This document shows, piece by piece, positions 1-10,337 of a stretch of 18,642 nt of DNA. The translations under genes were made by a program, and so were the position numbers. How positions within the stretch are numbered: position 1 is the first letter of the stretch; each line of letters opens with the position of its first letter. The notes below the pieces were generated by a model. That model ran no database searches and had not been told where the DNA came from. It saw nothing but the letters and a program-made list of their open reading frames with translations. Source of the stretch: Octopus sinensis (taxonomy: Eukaryota); the NCBI RefSeq assembly GCF_006345805.1, contig NW_021824476.1, positions 1-18,642 on the forward strand. The letters are read 5' to 3'.

Positions 1-185
1 TGTTACCCACCATCGCTTGACAACCGATGTTGGTGTGTTTACGTCCCCGTAACTTAGCGGTTCGGCAAAAGAAACCGATAGAGTAAGTACTAGGCATATA
101 AAGAATAAGTCCTGGGGTCGATTTGTTCGATGAAAGTGGTGCTCCAACATTGCCGCAGTCAAATGAATGAAACAATTAAAAGAAA
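1..185 (+). mobile_element. SINE family A (octopus-type), 3' part, cut by the window edge
   Basis: Reverse-complement match to the copies at 2555-2862, 15047-15195, 17085-17449 and 17851-18224 (shared ...cttagcggttcggcaaaag...gtcctggggtcgatttg...gcagtcaaatga.tgaaaca tail). Confidence 0.85.
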
Positions 186-189
186 AAAT

Positions 190-213
190 ACACACACACA
201 CACACACACACAT

Positions 214-243
<30 letters not shown>
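190..243. repeat. (CA)n(TA)n microsatellite
   Basis: Directly visible dinucleotide runs. Confidence 0.95.
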
Positions 244-244
<1 letters not shown>

Positions 245-269
245 AGTATCGACCACTAGCCACTAAAGA

Positions 270-452
270 TATTTTTATTCTCTCTCTTTTTTTTCTCTCT
301 TTTTTTATTTTCTCGTGTTCTTTTCTGCTGAAGAACGTAGGTTCGAAACGTAAAAGAATTTCTCACCTTCCCGAACGTTAACCTAATACACCTGTTTGTT
401 ATTTATACACCCGTCTTTGTCATTTGTTTTTGTTTTGTAAATTCCAACTATA
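270..452 (+). mobile_element. Penelope-like element 3' tail (pLTR-like) fragment
   Basis: Pyrimidine-rich segment, then a hammerhead-like core, ttcccgaacgt, a T-rich tail and an aactata end running into a TA-rich repeat. Same layout as 14690-14915. Confidence 0.55.
318..358 (+). ncRNA. Minimal type I hammerhead-ribozyme-like motif (variant core)
   Basis: TTCTTTT(318-324) / CTGCTGA(325-331) / A / GAAC-GTAG-GTTC hairpin(333-344) / GAAA / CGT / AAAAGAA(352-358). The flanks are perfectly complementary. The core differs from CUGANGA at one position. Confidence 0.5.
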
Positions 453-531
453 CATGCATACATACACATACACACATATATACACCGATTATATATATAA
501 ATATATATATATATATATGTATATATATATG

Positions 532-619
<88 letters not shown>

Positions 620-632
620 TGTGTGTGTGTGT
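453..632. repeat. Compound (TA)n/(TG)n microsatellite
   Basis: Directly visible. Confidence 0.95.
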
Positions 633-1361
633 GAACACGTCGCGGTCTCAAAGCGACGAAAATATTTTGACAAATTAAATTTAAATGTTGAAGTGAATCT
701 AGCGGGTTTGTTGTTTCTTAAATGGCTTATAAACACCTTCCACGCTGCAATTGTTTTCGTTCCAGCACACGATCTCAGATCAAGTCACTCGCTATGCAAG
801 TACATCTTCGTAATATATATATATATATATATATTATATATAATATATATATATATATATATAACCTTCTTTCGAGATATATGGGCTGTAACTGTAACTG
901 AGAAGTGCTCGGATGAGCCCGAGACGAACGATAATTGACGAGGTAAACTCAGAAGGAAAGTTTGGGTCAATCAGCAAATTCCTAAACGGAAAACACACAA
1001 TGATGTAAGACAAAAATTATATATACAGGTTTGTATTGAACTATATTAATATGTATTGATGCATATGTATTTTCAAAAACATCTTTAAAATTTTACGTCT
1101 CTGTGTTATCCTTTTGGGAATTTGCATAGACTTTGTTTCTATGTTTACCTCTTCAATTATGTATATATATATATATATATTTATAATAAGTGTAGGTCGT
1201 ATACGAGTGGGTATATATTTATAAAAAAGAAGTTTGAAAACGCTACTATATAAGATAAATTTTGATTTTCTTAGAAAATTTTCTAAGAAAATTAAAATTT
1301 ATCTTATATTGTAGCGTTTTCAAACTTCTTTTTTATAAACACACATATATATATATACATA

Positions 1362-1677
1362 TATATTATATTAAATTAGAGATAAAACCACTATTAGGCA
1401 AATCAAACAATGAAAAACTTAAGCCAATACATAAAATTAATTAATTTATATTATTTTAAATATATATCAAAAGTATTAAAAGTTTAATAAAAGATATTGA
1501 GTAAAACACTACGATCGTTTCATGGCTGTCCAATTCTTAATAATTCTTTTATTAAACTTTTAATACTTTTGATATATATTTAAAATAATATAAATTAATT
1601 AATTTTATGTATTGGCTTAAGTTTTTCATTGTTTGATTTGCCTAATAGTGGTTTTATCTCTAATTTAATATAATATA
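1362..1677. repeat. Perfect 133-bp inverted repeat (arms 1362-1494 and 1545-1677, 50-bp spacer), probably an inverted Penelope-type tail duplication
   Basis: Arms compared by hand as exact reverse complements. The spacer carries, on the minus strand, GAAACGATCGTAGTG (3' half of a hammerhead-like motif). The right copy continues to about 1750 and ends in (TA)n. Confidence 0.9.
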
Positions 1678-1746
1678 ATATTTTACTATAAAATTGGATT
1701 CAATCCTAAATCTGATTTTTCCCTGTAAGTTTGGATTTATTCCCTT

Positions 1747-1788
<42 letters not shown>

Positions 1789-1799
1789 TATATATATCA

Positions 1800-2010
1800 C
1801 TCGCTCGCCCAAACCAACCTATATCTTCTCGAAACGGCCGTCAGACTTTGCACCTTCTCAAGATTCCTTTTAAAATCATTTTATACCAACCTTCTCATCT
1901 ATTTGGATTACCGCTGTACATTCACCATCCGCAGATTTTATTATCTTCATTCATTTTAGTACGGTCATTCAACCTCGCAAATACATTTATGTATTTTTAT
2001 ATATTTATAT
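1800..2010 (+). mobile_element. Possible 5'-truncated Penelope-type tail with the 3' half of a hammerhead motif
   Basis: GAAAC-GGCC-GTC-AGAC at 1831-1846 (palindromic ACGGCCGT plus GUC), then a pyrimidine/T-rich tail. The CUGANGA half is absent. Confidence 0.35.
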
Positions 2011-2554
2011 AATTATAAATTTTTATATTATATGTTGTGTATATGAACTGACCTATGAATGCTGTGGAGAATTCCGACGCTTTGAAACATATATTGAGTG
2101 AATATGAGCACTGGCCTTTGAAATTAGTTCTCTCTTTCTTATTCTACTATGCACATGTGTATATAAACATACATAGAGAAAGATCTCGGTACAGATTATA
2201 TATATTTGAAAAAATGAGTAGAGGTGGCTTTGGGGTGGGGTGGAGGATAATTTATATTTTAATTTTGATAATAATGTTTACAGTGCGTTACTTTGATATT
2301 AGTTTCGAGCTTCAAGTAACCGTTTCAGACTGAAAAATATATGTTTTACTGGTTGCTTAAATAGCAAAAGATTTTTTTCTTACAAGTATACATATAAAAA
2401 ATATATACTCAAAAAAAAAAGAAGAAATATTATATATTTATGATTAAGAAGAACGAAAATGCTACTTTCATAAAATTGGGTACATTTTAATTCTCCTTTA
2501 TATAAATACATTAAAAGAAGAATGTTTTGGTTTTGTTTTATATACTTTTCTTTT

Positions 2555-2862
2555 GTTCTTTTATTTGTTTCAGTCATTTGACTGCGGCCATGCTAGAGCA
2601 CCGCCTTTAGTCGAGCAAATTGACCCCAGGACTTATTCTTTGTAAGCCTAGTACTTATTCTATCGGTCTTTCTTGCCGAACCGTTAAGTGACGGTGATGT
2701 AAACACACCAGCATCTGTTGTCAAGTGATGTTGGGGGAACAAACACAGATACAAAAACATATACATACATACACACACACACACGCACATATATATATAC
2801 ATGCGACGGGCTTCCACTCACAGGCTATAGGCCCAAGGCTATAGTAGAAGACACTTGCCCAA
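2555..2862 (-). mobile_element. SINE family A, head missing
   Basis: Colinear with 17851-18150 (gtttcagtcat...gccatgct.gagcaccgcctttagtcgagcaaat...agaagacacttgcccaa), with an internal (CA/TA) tract. Confidence 0.85.
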
Positions 2863-3791
2863 ATCAAATATATGCACTAAAATGCAATATGTAGAGAGAA
2901 AAATCTTTTAATAAAATAAAATTATAATTAACATTCATAGTATAATTTCCTTTTTTCTGCAAGAGCACGTGGTAATTTCCGTTAATTTTCCTAGCATGAC
3001 ATTTCGAACTTTCTGTGACGGCAAATTACTACTTTGTTTTGGTAAATGAAACAGTGTGGTCAACACTTGTTTTCTATAGGAGTGGTTGTAGAAGTCGAAT
3101 AACTAGCAACAGTAATAATAATAATCGTCGTGATGAAGTTGTTCCCCTTGGGGTTTTAATAGAAATTGGGTTCTTCAACCCCTTGTCTTTATTTCTTATG
3201 AATAACTTGCATGTCCATATATCCATATATATAAACATACACACATGTAAATACACACTCAGCCATATATATTCATATATATATATATATTATATATATA
3301 TTATATATATTATACATACATGCACACACAGAAATATTATATATATAATAATGAGTATGTGTGCTTGTATCTGTATGCGTGTATGTGTATATGGGTGAGT
3401 GTATATATATGTGTGTGTATGTATATATGTGGCTATACGAATATGCAAGTTATTCATAAGAAATAAAGACAAGGAGTTAAAGAACCCGATTTCTATTAAA
3501 ACCCTAAGGAGAACAACTTCACAACACCGACTATTATTATTACTGTTGCTAGTTATTCGACTTCTACAACCTATAGAAAACAAGTGTGGACCACACTATT
3601 TCATTTACCAAAAGAGAGTAGTGATTTGCCGTCACAGAAAATTCAAATTGTCATGCCAGGAAAATTAACGGAAATTACCATGTGCGCTTGCAGAAAAAGG
3701 TAAGTATACTATGAATGTTAATTTTAATTTTATTTTATTAAAAGCTTTTTCTCTCTACATATTCCATTTTAGTACATATTTTTGACTTGGG
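2858..3791. mobile_element. Fold-back element with about 400-bp imperfect inverted arms (about 2858-3270 and 3388-3791) around a microsatellite spacer
   Basis: Arms align as reverse complements throughout (e.g. ggtaatttccgttaattttcct / aggaaaattaacggaaattacc; gtagaagtcgaataactagcaacagtaataat / attattactgttgctagttattcgacttctac) with scattered substitutions and small indels. Confidence 0.85.
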
Positions 3792-3919
3792 AAACATAAT
3801 GATATGGAGAGCTACGTGCTGTCTTGATGATTCCAAATACACAACTGGTTTAGGAATTATGGAATTAGTGAATTGGAATCTGTAAAAAAATACTTCTTAC
3901 GTATGAGAATTTTATGTTG

Positions 3920-4592
3920 ATGTTCATCGAATTTGAAATTGAGAACCGTATTGCTTTTAATGACTTCCAGTGCCTGTGATGTACATAACTAACATCTACC
4001 TCCATTAACTTCATATAGCTGTCCTGTACGTATAATTGACTGGGTAATTTCATAATCTTCCATAAAAGCTTACCTAATGAAGCACAGCTGACTTTCTGTT
4101 CTTAATTGTCCTTTTGTGGTTATTATAACAGAATTTACATTTAGATGTTCACCTTTATGTGGTGCACGTAAAGAGCATTTATACACAGTATTCTTTCAAA
4201 AGCGCTGGTTATTAAGTAGACATTGAGATTATTTCTACAATTACATCATGTTTAGTTGATACCCGTGTGGTAATATTGCTAGAACTTGTAATATGTCCGT
4301 CTGTAAGATGGATAGTAGAATTTGGTTTGTCAACGTGGTTATTTAACCTGGATGTTCGATTATTATTAGGGTTACGGTGGTCACGGGCATCAATGTTTGG
4401 TTTCCTGCTATGAAATGCTGCTATAGCTTTAGGTAGGTAAAGTGTGGTAGGGTATTCATTTTGACAGTATGTCTATCGGAAATTTTCCCATATTTGCTAC
4501 TTGGAGGCAAGTGCTTATCGACACGCTGTAAAAAACTTTCCGGCTATGAGACACACTTTTTAATCCGAAGAGGGGGTTAAATCACGAAATCT
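3920..4592 (-). pseudogene. Decayed Penelope-like retroelement ORF (RT-thumb, Cys linker, GIY-YIG endonuclease region)
   Basis: Manual minus-strand translation across frameshifts and stops gives, in order: IS*FNPLF, FLQRVDKHLPPSSKYGKISDRHTVKM, CNCRN/SQCLLNNQRF*KNTVYKC, CASLGKLLW, DYEITQSIIRTGQLYEVNGGRC*LCTSQALEVIKSNTVLNFKFDE. This follows the recalled PLE motif order WFNPP, FLxLLDKHFP..KIFNRNTVK, CNCR..CPL..C...VY, LSKYIW..C.LC..E...LN. Confidence 0.8.
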
Positions 4593-4685
4593 TTCACTTT
4601 TTCACACACACACACATAAAAATTTTCGTATAACAATTTTACCGTAAAAATATTTGTGCATGTTTCCACAAGGTAAGTTTTACAC

Positions 4686-4744
4686 AGAGAGATAGAGAGA
4701 TAGATAGATAAATAGAGAGAGAGAGAGAGAGAGAGAGGGAGGGA
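4686..4744. repeat. (GA)n/(GATA)n microsatellite
   Basis: Directly visible. Confidence 0.9.
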
Positions 4745-5037
4745 AATATCACATATTACTCAAAATTTTTCCTATGAAGAAAAGCTTTTGTATAAACAAA
4801 GTTTCTGTACAAGTAATGTTTTACTGAATAAATTTTAATGCATGTAGTCGAAAGTGGTTTTGTAGCAGAAGAAAAATCGTATTATGGTGACCAGTTTTCG
4901 CCGTTCTTCAGCTTTTCAATGTTTCAAGTATGTACTTTCAATGCAATTTTACACCAAGTGGTAAACATGTATATACATACGGTATATACACGCATATACA
5001 CACGCACTCACAATACACATACACATACATATTTACA

Positions 5038-5078
<41 letters not shown>

Positions 5079-5083
5079 TATCA

Positions 5084-5372
5084 ACACATACACGCATCTA
5101 CACACACACACAAATACACACGCACACAATATATATATACATATATTTATATCTATATGTATATACACACATATAGATTACATATACATATACTTATACA
5201 TACATACATATATAAATATATTATATATATATATTTATATATATACACACATACACGCATCTACACACACACACAAATACACACGCACACAATATATATA
5301 CATATATTTATATCTATATGTATATACACCACATATAGATTACATATACATATACTTATACATACATACATA
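5084..5372. repeat. Tandem duplication (period about 163 bp) of a compound CA/TA low-complexity block
   Basis: acacatacacgcatctacacac...catatagattacatatacatatacttatacatacatacatat starts at both 5084 and 5247. Confidence 0.85.
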
Positions 5373-5444
5373 TTAAATTATATATCTATTATATATATAA
5401 ACAAAATGCTAATTCTAAAATATCTCTAAGAGATTACTGCACTA

Positions 5445-5710
5445 ACTGTACTAACAAGTAATATTTGTAGCCACTTCAACATGGCTGTCCATTTGAACGG
5501 ACTCTATTTGTATTTTTAACCACATCTTCTCCAGCTGGTTGACGATGCAGAACTGCATTCGATAAATTGCGAGCAGGGGAGCGAACCCTTACCACCTTCT
5601 AGCGATGGGACCAGCATCAGACCACTCCGGGTTTCAGGTTACCTCTGCTACTCTTCTGTACTGGACGCCTCGTCTGCTACAGATGGCAGCAGCTCGTCTC
5701 TGCTCGTAAT
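5445..5710 (-). mobile_element. Old interspersed repeat family F (probable tRNA-derived SINE)
   Basis: Shares gtaat..gc.acttcaacatggct, ttttaacc, tccagctggtt..cgatg and aaccc.taccac blocks with 16746-16960. Minus strand has a B-box-like gggttcgctccc. A tail-only copy lies at about 5790-5833. Confidence 0.5.
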
Positions 5711-6169
5711 ATATATATTTCAAACGAACACACAGATTTTGCAACAAGCAAAAAATGGTAGTTCTAAAATTTCTTTCAGAGATCAACGCAGTAGTTGTAC
5801 TAATAAGTAATATTCGTAGCCATTCCAACATGGTGATTTTTTTTTTATATGAAAAACGATTTTTTATATGGAAAACGATACGATAAATCTCGTTGAATGT
5901 CACGTAGCTAAACCGAAATTGGGGATGCTTTTACCACCATTTTCTATGAAACCTATTTTTAAATCGTGAATTCTAAAACATACAGTCGAAAATTATGCAG
6001 AAAATACACACACACACACACACACACAACACACACGCACGCACAGGCTCGCGTGCTTAGACCCATGCTCGCGCACGAACATACGCACATGTACGCAGAC
6101 GCATGTACAAACACCCGTGGTTACGCACTTATATACACCAATTTAATGCACAGACACATTCTTTAATTT

Positions 6170-6300
6170 TTTTTACTCGTCTCCTTTATTATAGAGCGCC
6201 CATGCTGGTGCACCGGGAGAAAATTCGTCGTTCACACTGACTCGAGTAACTACTTCTAGCCTGGTGCGTATTTTATCGATTTTATTTGTCGAAACGCTAA
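6170..6300 (-). mobile_element. Highly diverged SINE family A tail
   Basis: ttttactcgtctc...ccatgctggtgcaccg...ctggtgcgtattttatcgat...gtcgaaacgctaa is colinear with the family A tail. Confidence 0.55.
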
Positions 6301-6509
6301 TATATAGTTCGTAGAATGACACAATGGCACGTGATTTAGACCATTATAAACACAAACACACGAATATGCACAATATATATATGTACAATATATATAAGTG
6401 TTTCAATACACGAGATATTATTTCTGCATACTCAAGAATTTCTATATGTATGTGCGCGCACGCATGTGCTTGTTTCATTCGTTTGCGCGCGTGTTAGTGT
6501 GTGTGTGTG

Positions 6510-6545
<36 letters not shown>

Positions 6546-6686
6546 CTGTGGTTGATTACGTTTGTGTGCGCATGTGTGTGCACACTTATCGAAAAGTGAG
6601 AGAACAACAAGACAAATTTTCAATAACATAGTAGAAATTTGTATTTATTCAGCTGATGTCGTGCTTGCAGGATTTATTGTGTTTAA

Positions 6687-6812
6687 ATACATACATACAT
6701 ACATACATACATACATACATACATACACACATACATACATACGTACGTACATACATACATACATATATACATACTTACATACATTCATACATACATATAT
6801 ATATATATATAT
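6687..6812. repeat. (TACA)n then (TA)n microsatellite
   Basis: Directly visible. Confidence 0.95.
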
Positions 6813-7605
6813 GCACGCATAGATAGATATGTAGATATACAGTTATAACAGGCTCCAGAAGTCCGTCCACATGGTGGTATATTATGTATATGATGAATTT
6901 GGTGTTACTAAACCTAATCATAATGCACAAAATCAAATCTTCCTGTTGTTCGTTCAACCAAGCTCCTAGTTACTCCTTAAATTCCATTCTCGAAGTATAG
7001 TATCCTGCACGAAATTCAGCCGTGATGCCACTAACAATCTAGATTATATTATAGTTTCTGTATGTATAGAATGATGACCTGCTATTATCGTCACATAACA
7101 TTGATGAGTTCTGATTCGTAGCTGCAGTAATGCCTGGTTTGCAGAGTCTGTGGTACGACTAGTTGACACTTGTCCGCGTTGGAGTTTTGTCTGTCTGATG
7201 TAAACGGTTTTGTGGACGCTTGCTTGTGGTTGACTGAAGCGACAGAGTAGCATCTGATATATCACGAATAGTGACCAGTTTAAATTTAGTTTGTATTGAA
7301 TTGCGCTAATTGTGGACCCTAATTTGTAGTAGACAGAGATGATCGATAGACACGTGCCTGTGTTAGATTAAAGATGACAGGATTTAAAAACGTCATGTCT
7401 TGATCGACAAAATTGCATTTATTTGTCTCTGCCGAACTAAGACTGTCGGCGGTTGTTTGTCAATGGAAAACCATAGTCTATAATATATTAGAACAAAGAA
7501 TTCGGGACTATACTGAAATCTGATTTGTGTTGGAGCGAGGTGACTGCAGAATGTGTTGGGTCGTGGTGAATAAAGACTAGTGTTGATTGACTAAGGCGAC
7601 AGGAA

Positions 7606-9308
7606 TTAATAACGCCAGGCAGGCTGGATAATTTTGGGCTCTGATTTTTTGCGAACTGCGACTATTGGTGGCTGCTGCTCCCTGGATGATAGCGTGGTTC
7701 TTTGATAAGGGAGACCAAAATTTTCTTGTCTGTTATATTCAGCGATAGCTGGTTGCGGGAATCTTGTAGGTTGATATGGAGGCTGGAATCTGACCTGTAG
7801 TTGTTTTAGATCAGAGTGGCATTGCGGTCTGTGGTGGATGCAGGTAATTAGTTCAGCTTGGTGTGTGCTGCATCCAGGTGTCCCACAGGGAGTACTCTGG
7901 CAGTTTGGTATGTGGTACGTACAAGGGAGTTGTGAATCCAGTTTCATGTGGCACTGATGTGACTGCAGTCTGGCTTGAAGCAGATCGTGTGTGGCAGAGT
8001 CTAGTGTTTGCAGGTCTGCAACCTGTCGTTGCTCTTTCTCCGAAAGATTGCTTTTACCGGCGGAGTCTGGTCGGCCTGATGTAGCTTGGTCTGTGTTGGA
8101 CTGTGATGGTTTGAGCTGACTTTCAGAGTCAGTTGTGATTGATGGACTCAGAACTGATATAATTGGTGGAGTCGAAGCTGGTTCAATTGGTGGAGTCGGA
8201 ACTGGTTCAATTGGTGGAGTCGGAGCTGGTTCAATTGGTGGAGTCGGAGCTGGTTCAATTGGTGGACTCGGAGCTGGTTGAATTGGTGAAATCAGGAATT
8301 CGTTGGGTTGTCCTGATTTCATTTGATTCTGTGAGTTTTCTTTCTGCTGGTGTGAGGTATCTGGTGGAGTCTGTTCTGATACGGGCCCAGGTTCATTTTT
8401 ATCACTCAAGGGCTCTGATCTGCGTTGTTCTGAGGTATGATTCGGGGAAGTTGATCTGCGTTGTTCTGAGGTATGATTCGAGGAACTTGATCTGCGTTGT
8501 TCTGAGGTATGATTCGGGGAAGTTGATCTGCGTTGTTCTGAGGTATGATGCGAGGAACTTGATCTGCGTTGTTCTGAGGTATGATTCGGGGAAGTTGATC
8601 TGCGTTGTTCTGAGGTATGATTCGGGGAAGTTGATCTGCGTTGTTCTGAGTTATGATTCGGGGAAGTTGATCTGCGTTGTTCTGAGGTATGATGCGAGGA
8701 ACTTGATCTGCGTTGTTCTGAGGTATGATTCGGGGAAGTTGATCTGCGTTGTTCTGAGGTATGATTCGGGGAAGTTGATTTGCGTTGTTCTGAGGTATGA
8801 TGCGAGGAACTTGATCTGCGTTGTTCTGAGGTATGATTCGGGGAAGTTGATCTGCGTTGTTCTGAGGTATGATTCGGGGAAGTTGATCTGCGTTGTTCTG
8901 AGGTATGATGCGGGGAAGTTGATCTGCGTTGTTCTGAGGTATGATTCGGGGAAGTTGATCTGCGTTGTTCTGAGGTATGATGCGAGGAAGTTGATCTGCG
9001 TTGTTCTGAGGTATGATTCGAGGAACTTGATCTGCGTTGTTCTGAGGTATGATTCGGGGAAGTTGATCTGCGTTGTTCTGAGGTATGATTCAGGGAAGTT
9101 GATCTGCGTTGTTCTGAGGTATGATTCGGGGAAGTTGATCTGCGTTGTTCTGAGGTATGATGCGGGGAATTTTTCTCTGTATTTGTCTCTGGATCATTGA
9201 TATCACTCGGTGCGCTAGATTTGCGCATTCTTCTGCGTCGTACATTATTTTTGAACTCTGATTCATTGCTTGGTACGGCTGAGTCAGATAGTCGACTCTT
9301 TTTTTTGC
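7606..9308 (-). CDS. Large (probably terminal) coding exon of an uncharacterised low-complexity Ser/Arg/His/Pro-rich repeat protein; ATG-defined ORF is 9228..7606 (540 aa)
   Basis: About 1.7 kb without a stop, more than 800 nt of it outside the tandem arrays, in microsatellite-free and more GC-rich DNA. The frame stays open upstream of the ATG (KKKSRLSDSAVPSNESEFKNNVRRRR) past a tttcAG acceptor-like site at 9310-9309. AATAAA on the minus strand at 7423-7418. No domain recognised. Confidence 0.6.
8161..8288. repeat. 24-bp tandem repeat, about 5 copies (PIEPAPTP)
   Basis: Unit aattggtggagtcggagctggttc. Confidence 0.95.
8416..9169. repeat. 36-bp minisatellite, about 21 copies (HTSEQRRSTSPN)
   Basis: Unit gttgatctgcgttgttctgaggtatgattcggggaa with three recurrent variable sites and no indels. 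Confidence 0.97.
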
Positions 9309-9532
9309 CTGAAACATTCCAAGATTAACCCTCGTACTGAGAGTACTACGCACGTAATATAAGATGCAACATACGATATATACACAGTAAAACGCATAAC
9401 ACATATACACCGAAATATGATATGCTGTATGCGTACTGGAATATACGATCTCCCTTCCTCCCTCTCTCTCTTTTCACCCCTGTGTATATATATATATATA
9501 CTCTGTCTGTTTTTCTGTCACTCTCTCTCTCC

Positions 9533-9563
9533 ATATATATATAATATATATATAATATATATA

Positions 9564-9595
<32 letters not shown>

Positions 9596-9628
9596 ATATA
9601 TATATATAATATATATATATATATACAT

Positions 9629-9694
<66 letters not shown>

Positions 9695-9706
9695 ATATAT
9701 ATATAA
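9533..9706. repeat. Long imperfect (TA)n microsatellite
   Basis: Directly visible. Confidence 0.95.
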
Positions 9707-10337
9707 TACCACGACATACGAGGTGGTATCAAAATGTTCCTGGACTAGTTATGCTTTATAAAAAATAAACTTACTTATCTAAGTTTTAACACAGCCTCCT
9801 TCGAAATAGTCATCCTGCACGATCATACACCGCTCCTGGCGTTCCTGCCATTTTTGAAATCCGGTCGGGAAGTCGTTTTCCGTAAGCGAGTCAAGGACCT
9901 TCGGTGATTCGCTCTTCATCACGACAACGTTGTTAAAGCGGCGACCTTTGAGCTGCACTTTCATCTTGGGAAAGAGATGGAAGTTCGCAGATGGTAAAAT
10001 CTGGTGAATAGGGGCGGATGCGGAAGCGATAGTATGTTGTTTTTGGCGAGAAACTCACGAGCAAGAAGATATCGGCGACAGGGGGCATTATGCTCGTGAA
10101 GAGTCTAATTATGCACGCTCCGCATATCCGGTTGCTTTCGCCAAATATCCATCCCCAAACGCTTCAAAATGTTGCAGTAGAACTTTTGAGTAACGGTCTG
10201 GCTCTGGGGGATGAATTCTCGATACACAATACCGCGGATGTCGAAAACAACGAAGAGCATGATTTGGACTGAGCTGCGACTCTGTCATACCTTCTTCGGT
10301 CGTGGAGATGAAGGGCTCTTCCATTGTGACGACTAAT

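Noticed and set aside
633-812. Non-repetitive island between microsatellites, possibly a repeat fragment
   Set aside because: No second copy, terminal structure or coding motif in this window, so it cannot be classified.
897-930. ctgagaagtgctcggatgagcccgagacg as another hammerhead
   Set aside because: It has a GCTC/GAGC hairpin, but both core boxes deviate (CUGAGAA, GAGA) and there is no stem I.
130-6957. Many 60-130 aa ORFs rich in YI, HT and CV runs
   Set aside because: They are translations of (TA)n and (CA)n microsatellites and repeat fragments.
7044-7605. Continuation of the long ORF or a separate 73-aa gene
   Set aside because: The frames I translated contain stops and no recognisable motif. 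It is more simply 3' UTR or flank.
8416-9169. 36-bp repeats resembling a CRISPR array
   Set aside because: Units are directly adjacent with no unique spacers, there are no cas genes, and the context is eukaryotic. It is a minisatellite.
8163-9200. 345-aa plus-strand ORF as a gene
   Set aside because: It is almost entirely the antisense of two stop-free repeat arrays, has no ATG start (GTG), and closes soon after leaving them.
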